From positions 1-60,497 of the forward strand of contig CAMJCC010000002.1 of the NCBI GenBank assembly GCA_946404035.1: a stretch of 60,497 nucleotides of DNA, in the 5' to 3' direction. The notes under the pieces were generated by a model that was not told the DNA's origin, made no database searches, and saw only the letters and a program-made list of their open reading frames with translations. This document shows positions 37,258 to 45,744 of this stretch, piece after piece. The DNA comes from an uncultured Clostridia bacterium. GTDB lineage: Bacteria > Bacillota > Clostridia > Oscillospirales > CAG-272. Numbering within the stretch: the first letter of the stretch is position 1; each line of letters begins with the position of its first letter. The position numbers and the translations under genes are program-made.

Positions 37258-39960
37258 ATGGCTCGTGTGATCCATCGCCGGGTCGGCGCCTCCTCCGGCT
37301 TCGACCCCTCGGGCGAGGGCGGCAGACCCGTCGAAGCGCGGAACCTCTTCCGCGACTATTCGGTCGCGGGCGGACCCGCCTGGCGGACCGTGCCGGGGTT
37401 CCGGCTCCACGCAAGTTTTTCGGGCAAGATCAACGGGATCTTCCCGTGGGGCGCGGGGGTCCTGCGCGCGGACGAAACGCCCTGCCTGCTCTGGCTGGTG
37501 CACGCCGGGACCGCCCTCTACCTCGTCCGGTCGGACGACGGGACCAAGCGCGAGATCTCCGGCGTGACCCCGGCGGATCACGAGAGCCGGGGCTGCTTTT
37601 TCGACGGGTGGTTCTATCTTCTGGACGGGACCAACTTCGTCCGGGTCCGCTCTGCCCCGCAGGAAAACGCCGACCCGGTCCTCTACGGCGAGACGGTCGG
37701 CGGATACGTCCCGACTTGTTATCTCAACGGCGAGCCCTACGAGCCGGCGAACCTCCTGACGGGCACCTACCGGATCGCGGCGGACCTGTCGGATCCTGCC
37801 GGCTCGGCGGGGACCGACTTCCGCTACGGGCGCGCGGGCAGGGAGGGGGAGGCGATCCTGCTCTCGGCGTCCGACGCCGCGGGGGAGGTCTATCTGCCCG
37901 AAACGGTCTCCCTTGACGGCGCGACCCTGCGCCTGACCGAGATCGGCGCGCACGCGTTCGACGGGAACCTGACCGTGACGGGCGTGGTCTGTCCCGACGG
38001 GATCACGTGCATCGGCGCCTCGGCGTTCCGGGGCTGCACGGCTCTTACCGCCTTTTCGGGCGGCGGGGAACTGACCCGGATCGGGTTAAGCGCGTTCCGC
38101 GGCTGTACCTCGCTTGCCACCGTCGTCTTCCCGGGGACGCTCAAACTGGTGCAGAGCTACGCCTTTTACGATTGCCCGTCGCTCTCCGCCCTCCACTACG
38201 GGGGCGACGATTTTGCCTCCGAGGTCGGCGTTTCGATCCTCGGGAACGCGTACCTTTCCGCGCTCACGCCGATCAACGGCTCGGACGGCGCGTCGGAGTT
38301 CGGGGACGCCTACACGCTGGCGCTGGACGCACCGGCGGACCAGGTGGTCGGGGTCACGTTCAACGGCGACCTGATCTGGACCAACCGGGGCGATCCGATC
38401 TACTCGGTCAAGACCCGGAGCGGGAAAGCCGTTTCGGTCACGGTCAAGACCACCGACAAACGCAAACTCAGCGGCGGGCGTCTTGTCGTGACGGTATCCG
38501 CGCCCTCCCGCCGCGCGGGGACCGAGACCGTGTCCGACGCCCTGCCCCGGTACGTCGGGGAGATCCCCGACCTGATCCGGCGCTGCCGGCTGATCACCGT
38601 CTTTGACGGGCGGCTGTTCCTGTCGGGCAATCCCGACGTTCCCGACACGGTCTTCTACTCCTGCCGGAGCGCCGCCGGGTCGATGGAGGGGGGATATTAC
38701 GGCGTCTATCAGTATTTCCGCGACGGAGCGGGGCGCGACGCCGTCGCCTCGCTCGTCGCCGGGCCCGACGCGCTGACCGTCTTCACGACCGGGGAGGGGC
38801 GCGGCGGCGTGTTCCGCCACGTGGCGAACTCCACCGGGGATGACCAACTCCCCCGGATCTACCCGCGCGAGAGCGGCAACGACCTGCCCGGCGCGGTCGG
38901 GGACGCGATCCTCTACCGCGACGCGCCGGTCTTCGTCACGTCGAGCGGGATCTGGAGCGTGCTTGCGAGCGGTCTTCGCTACGAGCGCAGCACCGTCTGC
39001 CGCTCCGAGGCGATCGCCTCGCTTTTCCCGGTCGATCCCGCGTCGGTGCGGCTCGCCGTCTGGGACGGCTATCTTGCGGTCTTCCTCCCCGGCGGGGAGG
39101 TGTTGCTCGGCGACGGGCGGCAGAGGAGGGAACAGCCCTCCGAGGGGACCGGGTTCGAGTGGTGGCGGCTCTCGGGGATCGGCGGGCATACCGACGACCA
39201 CGCGGTCTACCGCTTTTCGTCCGCGCTCCCCTCGGGCGCATTCGCGCTCGGGGTCGCGCTCGCGCCACCCGAGTTGCAGGATATCGAGGCGCAGGGGACG
39301 GTCGTCGACGAGGCGGGCGTTCTCTCGGTCACGGTCGGCTCGGCGCGCTACGCCGTCTACGGCGGGCGTGAGATGGCGGGCGGCACGCTCGCCCCGCCCT
39401 GTGCCGTTGCGGCGCAGGGAGAGGAACTGTTCTTCGGGACCGAAACGGGCGGACTTTACCGCTTCAATACCGACAAGCGCGGCGTTCCGCCCACGTCGGA
39501 ACTCTCCGGGATGACGGCGGACGACGTCGCCCGCTACCGCCGGGAGCATCCCGGCGAGATCGCGCCCGAATGGTACGAGTTCGCGGGGCATCCCATCCCG
39601 GTCACGCTGCAGACGGCGTCGGACGACGGCGGGCTGCCCACCGGTCGGAAAAACACGGTCGCGGGGTCGGCGTTCCTCGACCTTGACCGGCTGCCGCGCT
39701 CGGCGTTTTTCCTGACCGTGCAAAGCGACGGGAAAACCCCCGCCGAGACCTTTTCGGTCAACGCGGGCGGCGCGGACTTTACCTCCGTCGACTTTTCGGC
39801 GTTCTCGTTCTCGCCCTGCGGGGAGGGAACGGCGACCTTCCGGGAAAAGTGCCGCCTCTGGCACCGCAAACGCTACCTGATCCGAAGCGAGGCGCTCCAC
39901 GCTCCGCTCTCGGTGCGCGCGATCCTCTACCGGGCGGAGGACGCCGGAAAGGTCAAATAA
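37258..39960 (+). CDS. 900-aa BspA-type leucine-rich-repeat (LRR_5) protein; tail or receptor-binding candidate
   Basis: Repeats ...TEIGAHAFDGNLTVTGVVCPDGITCIGASAFRGCTALTAF...LTRIGLSAFRGCTSLATVVFPGTLKLVQSYAFYDCPSL... Confidence 0.75.
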   Translation: MARVIHRRVGASSGFDPSGEGGRPVEARNLFRDYSVAGGPAWRTVPGFRLHASFSGKINGIFPWGAGVLRADETPCLLWLVHAGTALYLVRSDDGTKREISGVTPADHESRGCFFDGWFYLLDGTNFVRVRSAPQENADPVLYGETVGGYVPTCYLNGEPYEPANLLTGTYRIAADLSDPAGSAGTDFRYGRAGREGEAILLSASDAAGEVYLPETVSLDGATLRLTEIGAHAFDGNLTVTGVVCPDGITCIGASAFRGCTALTAFSGGGELTRIGLSAFRGCTSLATVVFPGTLKLVQSYAFYDCPSLSALHYGGDDFASEVGVSILGNAYLSALTPINGSDGASEFGDAYTLALDAPADQVVGVTFNGDLIWTNRGDPIYSVKTRSGKAVSVTVKTTDKRKLSGGRLVVTVSAPSRRAGTETVSDALPRYVGEIPDLIRRCRLITVFDGRLFLSGNPDVPDTVFYSCRSAAGSMEGGYYGVYQYFRDGAGRDAVASLVAGPDALTVFTTGEGRGGVFRHVANSTGDDQLPRIYPRESGNDLPGAVGDAILYRDAPVFVTSSGIWSVLASGLRYERSTVCRSEAIASLFPVDPASVRLAVWDGYLAVFLPGGEVLLGDGRQRREQPSEGTGFEWWRLSGIGGHTDDHAVYRFSSALPSGAFALGVALAPPELQDIEAQGTVVDEAGVLSVTVGSARYAVYGGREMAGGTLAPPCAVAAQGEELFFGTETGGLYRFNTDKRGVPPTSELSGMTADDVARYRREHPGEIAPEWYEFAGHPIPVTLQTASDDGGLPTGRKNTVAGSAFLDLDRLPRSAFFLTVQSDGKTPAETFSVNAGGADFTSVDFSAFSFSPCGEGTATFREKCRLWHRKRYLIRSEALHAPLSVRAILYRAEDAGKVK

Positions 39961-40014
39961 ACGCCCCACCAAAAGAAAGGAGTGCTCCCCGCCGGGGGCG
40001 GGGAGCGGACGAAT

Positions 40015-40689
40015 ATGCCGATCGCACAACTGACCGAAAACGAAATGACGGCGCAGGGGGTGGTTTCGCTCCCCAACCGCCCGAACGGCGACCCCGCCTC
40101 GGGCGGAGAGGCGCTCTCCGCCGCCGCGCTGAAGGAGCGGTTCGACCGTCTTCCGCGCTATATCGCCGCACGGCTGAACGCCGTGATCGCGGCGCTGAAC
40201 GCCGACCCCGCGGACGACGAGGGGGCGATCGCGGGGATGATCCGCACCGGGCTGTTCCCCGGGGAAAACGACGGGCACACCTTAGCTGACCTGTTTACCG
40301 ACATTCTGAACGGCGACCTCGCGGGGTACCTGTCGGTCGGGAACGGGTCGCTGACCGAGGGGCTTGCGCGTAAGGAGGACACCTTTCTCGTGTCGACCTG
40401 CTCGGACGATACCCTGACCCCGTCGGACCAGGTGGAATACCGCTGCGGCACGCTCTCGGAACTCTCGCTCTCGCTGCCCGAAAACCCCTCCCCGACCTTC
40501 TGCTGCGCGATCGTCTTCGACACGCCGGAGGGGAACGGGAGCGCCTCGCTCGACTACCCGGAGGGGATCCGCTGGTCGGGCGACGATATCGCGGACGGGG
40601 AACTGCTGCTCTTCGGGGAGCGGCACTACACCGTCTTCCTCTGGTACGACGGGGCGTGGGAGGCGACGGTGCGGGGGGTGGATCTGTGA
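40015..40689 (+). CDS. Phage-like hypothetical protein (tail-fibre-like N-terminus)
   Basis: LSAAALKERFDRLPRYIAARLNAVI resembles N-termini of phage fibre or minor structural proteins. Confidence 0.5.
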   Translation: MPIAQLTENEMTAQGVVSLPNRPNGDPASGGEALSAAALKERFDRLPRYIAARLNAVIAALNADPADDEGAIAGMIRTGLFPGENDGHTLADLFTDILNGDLAGYLSVGNGSLTEGLARKEDTFLVSTCSDDTLTPSDQVEYRCGTLSELSLSLPENPSPTFCCAIVFDTPEGNGSASLDYPEGIRWSGDDIADGELLLFGERHYTVFLWYDGAWEATVRGVDL

Positions 40690-42161
40690 GCCGGTTGCAG
40701 CGGCTGATCCGGGTGCTCGCCTGCCGGACCGGGCTCCGGACGGGAAACGGCGTTCGAACGACGGGCGACCTCCCCCTGACGGGGCAGGGGACCTTCGGCG
40801 GTTTCCCGCTCCCCGATTACGGCGTCTACGGCGCTGCGAGGGTAAACGGTACGCCCACGCCGGGGACGCCCGCCGAGCCGAGTTTCGTCGGCGAGGCGAC
40901 TTTGCCCGACGGCACGGCGGCTCTTTCGCTGGTTTTCACGACGGCGGGACCCGACGGGACGGCAGATCGGCGCACCGCGACCTTTCCCGGGGTCGAGCCG
41001 CTCCGCGCCGCCTCCGGGGTATCTGACGAGATCAGCTTCAAAGACGGAAAACTGATCCGCCGGATCGGGGTCTGCACCGATCCCGTCCCCCAGTCCGGGC
41101 TGGATACCTCGTACGGAAGCGGGTATCCCTCGGTCGGGATGCTGATCGGGGACGGGACGACCGTCCCGGACGCCCCGCATCTTCTGTCGACCCATTGGAG
41201 GGAGGTCCGCAGCAGCAACCTCGTCTTCGGCACCGACGTCGGGATGGCGATGCGCCTCGGGATGATCTACGTCAACCTGCCGCGCTCGCTTTACCGCAAA
41301 TACGTCAAGGGATGCGTCGGGGAAACGGAGGAGAGCGGCGACGCGCTTTTGCCGTCGGTCGATCCCGGTACGTACCGCTGCGATTTTTTCGACGGGACCA
41401 GCCGCGTGTTCACCCTGACTTCTCCGATGAACGGCGTCGAATACTGCCGCGACGTCCTTGCCGTTTCGCGGAGCGGGGCGGTGTTGAAACGCAAAACGGC
41501 GCTCTACGCGTTCACGGGGGAGGAGGAGCCGACCGTCCGGACCAATTACGGCTCGACCGGCAAAACGCTGTTCCTCTTTGACAAGGAGGACTTCGGCGCG
41601 GACCCCGACGGGGACGAGCCGCTCTCGTCGCACTTCCTTTATGCGGATACGACCCCGACCAAAATGATCCGCAACTACGCGAACACTCCCGCGTTCTGCG
41701 ACGACGGCGACCTCTGGTATTTCTACGTTCCCGGGGTATCGACCCTCGCGGATTTCCAGGCGTATTTATCCGACCTTGCGGAAACGGAGGAACCGGCGAC
41801 CCTGGTCTACCCCGTGGCGGAGCCGGACGAGATCACGCTGTCTTCCTACGCCGCAGACACCGGAACGGTATCGACCGTCCCGCTTCTTCCCGGGATCACC
41901 GACGACGAGGCGTTCGACGGGGAGGACGGGCTGACCCTGATCCCCGCGATGCGGGAGTTTCTTGCCGACGAGAGAAACGCGGGGCGGGAGGTACGGTTCT
42001 ACTACGTTCTGCCCGCCGCCGAGGTGACCGAGACCGCCCTGACCCTCCCGGTCTTACACGCGGGAGAGGGGTCGACGACCTTCACCGCCGCGTCGGCGGA
42101 GCCGGGCGGGGTCGCCCCCGTTTCGGGATACTTTACCGCCCTGGCGGAAGACACACCCTGA
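40686..42161 (+). CDS. Phage-like hypothetical structural protein (491 aa)
   Basis: GTG start overlapping the previous stop codon (GTGA). Long intact ORF. Confidence 0.5.
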   Translation: MSRLQRLIRVLACRTGLRTGNGVRTTGDLPLTGQGTFGGFPLPDYGVYGAARVNGTPTPGTPAEPSFVGEATLPDGTAALSLVFTTAGPDGTADRRTATFPGVEPLRAASGVSDEISFKDGKLIRRIGVCTDPVPQSGLDTSYGSGYPSVGMLIGDGTTVPDAPHLLSTHWREVRSSNLVFGTDVGMAMRLGMIYVNLPRSLYRKYVKGCVGETEESGDALLPSVDPGTYRCDFFDGTSRVFTLTSPMNGVEYCRDVLAVSRSGAVLKRKTALYAFTGEEEPTVRTNYGSTGKTLFLFDKEDFGADPDGDEPLSSHFLYADTTPTKMIRNYANTPAFCDDGDLWYFYVPGVSTLADFQAYLSDLAETEEPATLVYPVAEPDEITLSSYAADTGTVSTVPLLPGITDDEAFDGEDGLTLIPAMREFLADERNAGREVRFYYVLPAAEVTETALTLPVLHAGEGSTTFTAASAEPGGVAPVSGYFTALAEDTP

Positions 42162-42171
42162 AAGGAGAGTT

Positions 42172-42441
42172 ATGAACGAATACAGATTGACGGATGAGGG
42201 ACGGCTCGAGAGCTTTTCGGGCAGGGTCCTTCGCCACGACGGTCGGGTCTACGTCAACCCGAAACAGGAGGTTTTGCGGGCGGCGGGGTACAAACCCCTC
42301 CTCCGCGACCCCGTCCCGGCGGACGCCGGGCAAAAGGACGAACGGGGGACCCCCGTCGTCTACGCGCCGGTCTATACCGACGTCGGCGACGCGATCCGGC
42401 TCTCGTACGAAAGGGGGGACTATCCCGATGATGAAGATTAA
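42172..42441 (+). CDS. Hypothetical protein (89 aa)
   Basis: AAGGAGAG RBS plus ATG. Confidence 0.5.
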   Translation: MNEYRLTDEGRLESFSGRVLRHDGRVYVNPKQEVLRAAGYKPLLRDPVPADAGQKDERGTPVVYAPVYTDVGDAIRLSYERGDYPDDED

Positions 42442-42823
42442 GACCGTCGGGGACAGCTACGCCCTGATCTCGGGCGCCGCCGACCCCGGCGAGAACGGAC
42501 GTATCCCGCTTCGGGTCGCGGGGGAGGGGATCGCGGCGCTGTCCGTAAACGGGCGCGGCTTTCCGCTCATTGACGGGGTCGCGCGCGTGCCGGTCACGGC
42601 GTTTGCGACCGGCTCCAACCGCATCTCGCTCCGCAAAGCCGACGGACGGACCGTCCCCTGCGCGGGGATCCGGCTGACCGGCGGACTGTTTTCCCCCGAG
42701 CGGGCGGAGATCGGGGACGTCGTCGCCGCGTGCGACAAACGCTTTTCCGCGCTCGACGCCGCCGTCAAAGAACTGACTGCCCGCGTAAGATCCCTTGAGG
42801 AAGAATTCGGGATCCTCCCGTAA
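42428..42823 (+). CDS. Hypothetical protein (131 aa) with a C-terminal coiled-coil
   Basis: The start overlaps the previous gene's 3' end. C-terminus LDAAVKELTARVRSLEEEFG. Confidence 0.5.
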   Translation: MMKIKTVGDSYALISGAADPGENGRIPLRVAGEGIAALSVNGRGFPLIDGVARVPVTAFATGSNRISLRKADGRTVPCAGIRLTGGLFSPERAEIGDVVAACDKRFSALDAAVKELTARVRSLEEEFGILP

Positions 42824-42838
42824 CAGAAAGGAAACGAT

Positions 42839-43489
42839 ATGAAAACAACCGAAAAAACCGCGCGCTTCGCCGCCCGTCTGGCGGTCTTTGCCCTCTTGCT
42901 CGCTCTGCTCTTCGCCGTTCCCTTGACGGCGTTCTGCGCCGCCCCGGAAAACGACGAAACGGCGACGGAGGTCACGGAGACCGACGCGGGGGCGGATGCG
43001 AATTTTGCCGAAACGGTCAGCGATTTTCTCGACCGGCATACCGGCGAGATCTTCTCGGCGCTCTCTCTTGCCGGGACCGTTTTGCTCGCCTGGCTTGCCC
43101 GCCGGGGTCTTTTGCCCGCCGTCAAACGCGGACTGGACGGGCTCTCGCAGGGGGTCGAGCGGCTCTCCGATTGCGCCCGCGACGCGGGGGAACGCCAGAG
43201 CGGTCTGCTCTCGGATTTTCTCTCCGACGCCGAGCCGGTCTTGAAAGAACTCTCCGGGATGCGCGACCTGTTCTCCGCGCTCTCGGAGCGCACCGCCGAA
43301 CTGGAAAAGAAAACGGCGGAGGCGGCAAGCGATAACGAGAAACTGATGGCGCTGAACCGCGCGTCGCTCGAAATGCTGAAAGAGGTGTTCACGGCGGCGC
43401 GTCTGCCGGTCACGTCCAAGGAGGAGCTGTCCGCGATCTACCGCCGCGCGCTCGACGCCGTGGCGGACGAGGGGGAGGCGCCGTCGTGA
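42839..43489 (+). CDS. Membrane/secreted coiled-coil protein (216 aa)
   Basis: Signal peptide or TM (AVFALLLALLFAVPLTAFCAAP), a second TM, then a helical C-terminus. Confidence 0.55.
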   Translation: MKTTEKTARFAARLAVFALLLALLFAVPLTAFCAAPENDETATEVTETDAGADANFAETVSDFLDRHTGEIFSALSLAGTVLLAWLARRGLLPAVKRGLDGLSQGVERLSDCARDAGERQSGLLSDFLSDAEPVLKELSGMRDLFSALSERTAELEKKTAEAASDNEKLMALNRASLEMLKEVFTAARLPVTSKEELSAIYRRALDAVADEGEAPS

Positions 43490-43851
43490 CGCGCCGCCGG
43501 CTGGTGTTCCTTACGCTCGGATGGGCGGTGTCGACCCTGCCGGCGCTGGTCGCGACGCTGCGGTGGTTCCCGCTGTTCGTGTCCCGGGGAGAGGGGGAGC
43601 GGGCGATCTCGCTCCTCTCCTGCCTGCTCATCCTCGTCGCGCTGGTCCCGCTCCGGCGTGCGCTGGGCGCGTTTTTCCGCAATCTCACGGCGTGGAAGGT
43701 CTACCTCTTCCTGTTCGTGTTCTTTACCCTGACCGGGTCCATCGCGCATGAGGTGCGCTGCGTCGCCGCCGTCGGGCTGATCTCCTCGGTTCCCGGCAGC
43801 ATCCTGTTCGCCCTCGGGCGGGGAAGAGGGGAAGACCGTGACGGGCACTGA
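43486..43851 (+). CDS. Small polytopic membrane protein (121 aa, 3-4 TM; holin-like topology only)
   Basis: Hydrophobic segments. GTGA start/stop overlap with the previous gene. Confidence 0.5.
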   Translation: MTRRRLVFLTLGWAVSTLPALVATLRWFPLFVSRGEGERAISLLSCLLILVALVPLRRALGAFFRNLTAWKVYLFLFVFFTLTGSIAHEVRCVAAVGLISSVPGSILFALGRGRGEDRDGH

Positions 43852-44665
43852 TCTGCGGGGGTTCGGCGACCTCCGCTGGAAACGCGGCGCCGGCATCGTG
43901 ATCGGCGCCCTGACCTTCGTCGTGTCGATCCTGGTCTTCTTCACCGAGCCGTCGCTTTCCGCCAAGCCGGTGGAGAAGATCACGGTGCAGACGTCGGTCA
44001 CGATGTTCTGCATCTTCCTGATGTATACCTCGATGAGCGACGCGGGATGCCGCGCCGGGGAGGAGCGCGCGGAATATACGGCGGCGCGGGACGAATGGAC
44101 CGCGCTTGCCGACCGCGTGCGCCGCTCCGGGCGCCTCTCTGAACTCTCGGGCTTCTGTCGCCGTCTGGCGGTCGAGGAACGCGAGGAGGCGCGGGCGGAC
44201 CGGCTTGCCTCGGTCGGGCTGTCGCTCGCGGACTTTCACGCGATCACGTCCGACCCCGTCCGCTTCCGCGCTCTGCCGCGGCGTACCCGCCGCGCGATCC
44301 TGCGCGCCCGATCCGTGCGGCTGCTCCGGCTCCCGCCCGACCGTCTGCTCTCGTCCTCGGGGCGTGGGCGGCGGCGGATCGCCCCGGTCTCCCCGGGCGC
44401 GACGCGCACCCGTTCGACGGTCTTTGCGATGATCCCGTCGCTTGCCGGGACTTTTCTCACGGTCTCGGTGGCGTTTTCGGTCTCCGACGGGCTGACCGCG
44501 TCGACCGTCATCTCGGCGGCGTTCCGCCTGCTCGCCCTGCTCTGGACGGGGTTCCGGGGCTACGGGATGGGCTACCGCAGCGTCGTGCGCGACGGGGTCG
44601 CGGCGTGCAAGGCGCGCGCCGCGCTCCTGCTCCGGTTTTTGAACGAGGGCGACGGTGCGGAATGA
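43838..44665 (+). CDS. Membrane protein (275 aa) with an Arg-rich central region
   Basis: TM helices at the N- and C-termini. Overlaps the previous gene by 14 nt. Confidence 0.5.
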   Translation: MTGTDLRGFGDLRWKRGAGIVIGALTFVVSILVFFTEPSLSAKPVEKITVQTSVTMFCIFLMYTSMSDAGCRAGEERAEYTAARDEWTALADRVRRSGRLSELSGFCRRLAVEEREEARADRLASVGLSLADFHAITSDPVRFRALPRRTRRAILRARSVRLLRLPPDRLLSSSGRGRRRIAPVSPGATRTRSTVFAMIPSLAGTFLTVSVAFSVSDGLTASTVISAAFRLLALLWTGFRGYGMGYRSVVRDGVAACKARAALLLRFLNEGDGAE

Positions 44666-44756
44666 TTTTCCAGCCGCCGCTTCCTCCCGTCCGGGATTAA
44701 AACCGGCTTTCCCCGGCGATACTTTCGGTAGACCGAAACGAAAGGAAGTCGACGGG

Positions 44757-45533
44757 ATGAAGAACGGCGGAAAGGTCGAGATCAGCGGGCTGAACACCGC
44801 GACGCTCGAAACGCAGACGGACGGGGAGAAACGCGAACTCCTGATCGCGGCGCAGGCGGGCGACAAGGCGGCGCGCGACCGCCTGATCCTCGGCAATCTC
44901 CGGCTGGTTTTGTCGGTGATCCGCCGCTTTTCCTCGCGCAACGAGAACCCCGACGATCTGTTTCAGGTCGGCGTGATCGGGCTGATCAAGGCGATCGACC
45001 ACTTCAAACTCGACCTCGACGTCAAGTTCTCGACCTACGCCGTGCCGATGATCGTCGGCGAGATCCGGCGTTACCTGCGCGACAACAACAGCATCCGGGT
45101 CAGCCGCTCGACCCGCGACCTCGCCTACCGCGCGCTCTCGGTGCGCGAGGAACTCACCCGCAAGACCGAGCGCGAACCGACCGTCGAGGAGATCGCCAAA
45201 ACGCTCGGGGAGGACCCCGGGGCGGTGTCGCAGGCGATGGAGGCGATCGTCGAGCCCGTTTCGCTCTACGACGCGGTCTACGGCGACGGGGACGACGCGG
45301 TCTACGTCATCGACCAGTTGAAAGACGAGAGCGTTTCGGACGAGATCTGGATCGAGAACATCGCGCTCCGCGAGGCGATGGAGCGGCTGGGACAGCGGGA
45401 GCGCGACATCATCCGGATGCGTTTTTACCGCGGCAAGACCCAGATGGAGATTGCCGCCGAGATCGGGATCTCGCAGGCGCAGGTCTCGCGGCTGGAAAAG
45501 AGCGCGATCGAGCATATCCGCGCGAATATGTGA
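44757..45533 (+). CDS. sigG: Sporulation sigma factor SigG (forespore late sigma, sigma-70 group 3)
   Basis: Near-collinear with B. subtilis SigG as I recall it: KVEISGLNT..., GNLRLVLSVIRRF, DDLFQVGVIGLIKAIDHF, VKFSTYAVPMIVGEIRRYLRDNNSIRVSRS, GKTQMEIAAEIGISQAQVSRLEKSAI. Confidence 0.85.
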   Translation: MKNGGKVEISGLNTATLETQTDGEKRELLIAAQAGDKAARDRLILGNLRLVLSVIRRFSSRNENPDDLFQVGVIGLIKAIDHFKLDLDVKFSTYAVPMIVGEIRRYLRDNNSIRVSRSTRDLAYRALSVREELTRKTEREPTVEEIAKTLGEDPGAVSQAMEAIVEPVSLYDAVYGDGDDAVYVIDQLKDESVSDEIWIENIALREAMERLGQRERDIIRMRFYRGKTQMEIAAEIGISQAQVSRLEKSAIEHIRANM

Positions 45534-45539
45534 AAAGGG

Positions 45540-45594
45540 GAGGGGGCGTCAAAACGCCCCCTCAAAAAAATGCGGGCGTGCAACGCACGCCCGC
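45540..45594. terminator. Two GC hairpins between convergent sigG and the lipoprotein gene
   Basis: gagggggcg...cgccccctc and gcgggcgtgc-aac-gcacgcccgc. An A7/T7 run between them gives a clear minus-strand terminator. The plus-strand U-tract is poor. Confidence 0.6.
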
Positions 45595-45744
45595 AACGGG
45601 TATTCGGTCGGTCTTACAGAGAACCGAAACTGAATTCGTCTCAGCCGTCTTCGGCAAGGGTGCCGCCCGAGGTGATCAGCATATCCCGACCGAGGAGCAG
45701 GAGACGGATCTCTGCGGTCTCTCGCTCTCCTTTGACCGTTACGG

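Larger units (their letters stand above)
29994..44665 (+). mobile_element. Phage-like structural gene block (packaging, head, tail-like and membrane genes) lacking integrase, lysogeny, replication, tape-measure and endolysin genes. It may be a cryptic or domesticated prophage remnant.
   Basis: 17 co-directional, tightly packed or overlapping ORFs in canonical order terS-terL-portal-...-capsid. The flanks are housekeeping genes (tepA-like, sigG). Confidence 0.7.

Noticed and set aside
44666-44756. SigF/SigG-type forespore promoter upstream of sigG.
   Set aside because: Only a weak GCGATA-like -35 candidate is present, with no convincing CATxxTA -10 at correct spacing. This cannot be supported from the sequence alone.
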